Of a stretch of 64,000 nt of DNA, positions 62,367 through 64,000 are shown in pieces. Origin of the DNA: Dehalococcoidia bacterium. GTDB taxonomy: Bacteria > Chloroflexota > Dehalococcoidia > Bin125. Each line of letters begins with the position of its first letter. Position 1 is the first letter of the stretch. Below the pieces are notes generated by a model. That model was not told the origin of the DNA. It searched no databases and worked only from the letters and a program-made list of their open reading frames with translations. A program made the translations under genes and the position numbers. The stretch lies in the NCBI GenBank assembly GCA_965207365.1, contig OZ242281.1:2173331-2237330 (forward strand), written 5' to 3'.

Positions 62367-63206
62367 GTGCCCGCTGAGCGCGCCGGCCGGATTGTCGAAG
62401 GTGACAACCTCCCGATCCTGCAAGCGCTGCCCGGCGAGTGCGTGCAACTTGTCTACACCGACCCGCCATTCAACACGGGCAATGTGCGTACCTATCAGCG
62501 ATTGCGCACGACGCGGGACAACGACGGTGACCGCACTGGGTTCGGCGGTCGGCGATATCGGTCCGAAACAGCGTCATCGCTCTCTTATACGGATGCGTTC
62601 GAACAGTACATCGATTTTCTGAGGCCGCGACTGACTGAGATCTGGCGCGTTCTACGTGCAGATGGCACGTTGTACTTACATCTCGACGCTCGAGAAGTTC
62701 ACTATGTGAAGGTCCTGCTCGACAGCATCTTCGGTCGCGATTGCTTTCTCAATGAGATCATCTGGGCCTACGACTATGGCGGCCGCCCCAAACGGCGTTG
62801 GCCAGCCAAGCATGACAACATCCTGGTGTATGTCAAAGACAGAGAGCGATACATCTTCAACCGGAATGAGATCGATCGTATTCCCTACATGGCACCGGGA
62901 CTGGTTGGCAAAGAAAAGGCGGCGCGCGGCAAGCTACCCACAGACGTCTGGTGGCACACGATTGTCGGCACGAACGCCAAGGAGCGAACCGGATACCCCA
63001 CGCAGAAGCCGCTCGCGCTGGCAGAGCGCATCATTCGAGCGTCAAGCGATGAAGGGGAACTCGTACTGGATCCATTCGCGGGAAGCGGGACCGTGGGTGA
63101 AGCCTCCTTGGCGCTGGGCAGACGTTACCTGCTGATTGACAGCAACCCGGAGGCGATCGAAGTGATGGAGCGGCGCTTGCCCGACGCTGATGTCGTCAGA
63201 CAGTGA
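62367..63206 (+). CDS. beta-class DNA methyltransferase (N6-adenine/N4-cytosine), no cognate nuclease nearby
   Basis: Motif IV LVYTDPPFNTG precedes motif I VLDPFAGSGTVGEA. GYPTQKPLAL is also present. GTG start lies 12 nt after the RCC1 gene. Confidence 0.85.
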   Translation: MPAERAGRIVEGDNLPILQALPGECVQLVYTDPPFNTGNVRTYQRLRTTRDNDGDRTGFGGRRYRSETASSLSYTDAFEQYIDFLRPRLTEIWRVLRADGTLYLHLDAREVHYVKVLLDSIFGRDCFLNEIIWAYDYGGRPKRRWPAKHDNILVYVKDRERYIFNRNEIDRIPYMAPGLVGKEKAARGKLPTDVWWHTIVGTNAKERTGYPTQKPLALAERIIRASSDEGELVLDPFAGSGTVGEASLALGRRYLLIDSNPEAIEVMERRLPDADVVRQ

Positions 63207-64000
63207 TGTTGGGTGCGCATTCCTTCATGAACAGGCTCATCGACCTGGTCACCTGATCATTGGGGACCATCCCGCCCGCATTGCACCAGGTTAGGAAGTG
63301 CCCGACACCGTAGCGGGCGCCCAACTCCGTGAGCTTGACTGTGACTTCGTCGGGATTGCCGACTGCACACAGCGTGTCAATGACCTCTTCGTAGCTGGCG
63401 TTGCGATTTCGAGCCAGCAGTGGCGGTAGGTCATTAGGGTCGCCGCCGCGTTTGGTCCAGCCTCTGAAGCCGGTGTCGCTGACGACTTTCATGTAGCTTA
63501 TCAGGCTGGTCCTGAGCTCATCTTTGGCAGTTTCCGACGACTCGTGCACGTGCACAGGCAACAGGAGACCAGCGTCGCTGGCAGGGGCCTCGGGTCTTGC
63601 TTGCTGGTACATGGCGAAGCGGCGGTCGAGGTCGTCTTCGAAGGCGGTGATCGGACTGGCGAAGACACGCCACTGCTCGTTGCAGGCGCGGACGAATGAT
63701 TCATCGCTGTTGGCAGCCATCCGCAACGGTGGTCCCGGACGCTGGATCGGCTTGGGCACGACCTGCACGTTGCGGTAGCTGAAGTGGTCGCCTTCGAAGT
63801 TCACCGGGCCATCGCCCCAGGCCTGCTGGATCACGGCAAGCGCTTCATTGAATCGCCCGGCGCGATCACTCATGTTGACGTTGAAGCCGGCGAAGTGCTC
63901 GGCAATGCTCCCGCGACCCACGCCATACTCCAGCCGTCCGCCGGAGATGATGTCGACCGTGGCGGCGTCTTCGGCGGCGCGAATGGGGTCGGTCAGCGCG
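63196..64000 (-). CDS. LLM-class F420/flavin-dependent oxidoreductase, N-terminus beyond the right edge
   Basis: The reading frame continues upstream of the track start: ..DIISGGRLEYGVGRGSIAEHF.. is the LLM signature. Confidence 0.8.
   Translation of the reverse strand, partial: ALTDPIRAAEDAATVDIISGGRLEYGVGRGSIAEHFAGFNVNMSDRAGRFNEALAVIQQAWGDGPVNFEGDHFSYRNVQVVPKPIQRPGPPLRMAANSDESFVRACNEQWRVFASPITAFEDDLDRRFAMYQQARPEAPASDAGLLLPVHVHESSETAKDELRTSLISYMKVVSDTGFRGWTKRGGDPNDLPPLLARNRNASYEEVIDTLCAVGNPDEVTVKLTELGARYGVGHFLTWCNAGGMVPNDQVTRSMSLFMKECAPNITV

Overview
64-kb high-GC bacterial chromosomal segment. Hand-counted 60-nt lines give about 70% GC in core genes (42/60 at 21001-21060) and 47-52% in accessory patches. 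The gene content is LLM/F420-type oxidoreductases, family-III CoA-transferases, acyl-CoA dehydrogenases, SDR/MDR dehydrogenases, beta-lactamase-fold hydrolases, and Tat-lipoprotein solute-binding proteins on long Gln/Asp-rich tethers. This suggests a monoderm Chloroflexota (SAR202/Thermomicrobia-like) or actinobacterial host, by inference only. I call about 60 protein genes, 1 pseudogene and 2 tRNA-Ser. I recognise no rRNA, CRISPR/cas, transposase or integrase.

Layout:
- 1-6.3 kb: catabolic genes, a HicBA-like pair and two tRNA-Ser.
- 6.4-8.5 kb: a low-GC type II R-M pair wedged into the mnmA-proximal operon.
- 9-12.6 kb: housekeeping genes (mnmA, rsfS, ndk, tsaB, tsaE).
- 16-17.8 kb: an ABC-2 exporter.
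- 17.9-18.6 kb: a fused MntA-HepT protein.
- 20-38.5 kb: a very unusual Dpp/Opp-type ABC importer super-locus.
- 38.5-64 kb: catabolic paralogs interspersed with a Fic protein, a ShosTA-like PRTase/DprA pair, two VapBC modules, tandem esterases, an RCC1-repeat protein and an orphan DNA methyltransferase.

Most interesting:
1. The ABC locus has 4 paralogous Tat-lipoprotein SBPs plus one deletion remnant, and 3 tandem permease pairs. The B-type permeases carry LysM-like modules in their first outside loop. The third pair has lost the EAA coupling loops. There is no ATPase gene, and an MBL-fold hydrolase is translationally coupled to the last permease gene.
2. A MITE-like palindromic element family sits nested in REP-like hairpins. 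One fragment is embedded in-frame as the linker of a double CoA-transferase fusion.
3. Defence/TA content: ShosTA-like pair, fused MNT-HEPN, R-M, HicBA-like, Fic, 2x VapBC.

All domain calls are by-eye motif recognition. No searches were run.
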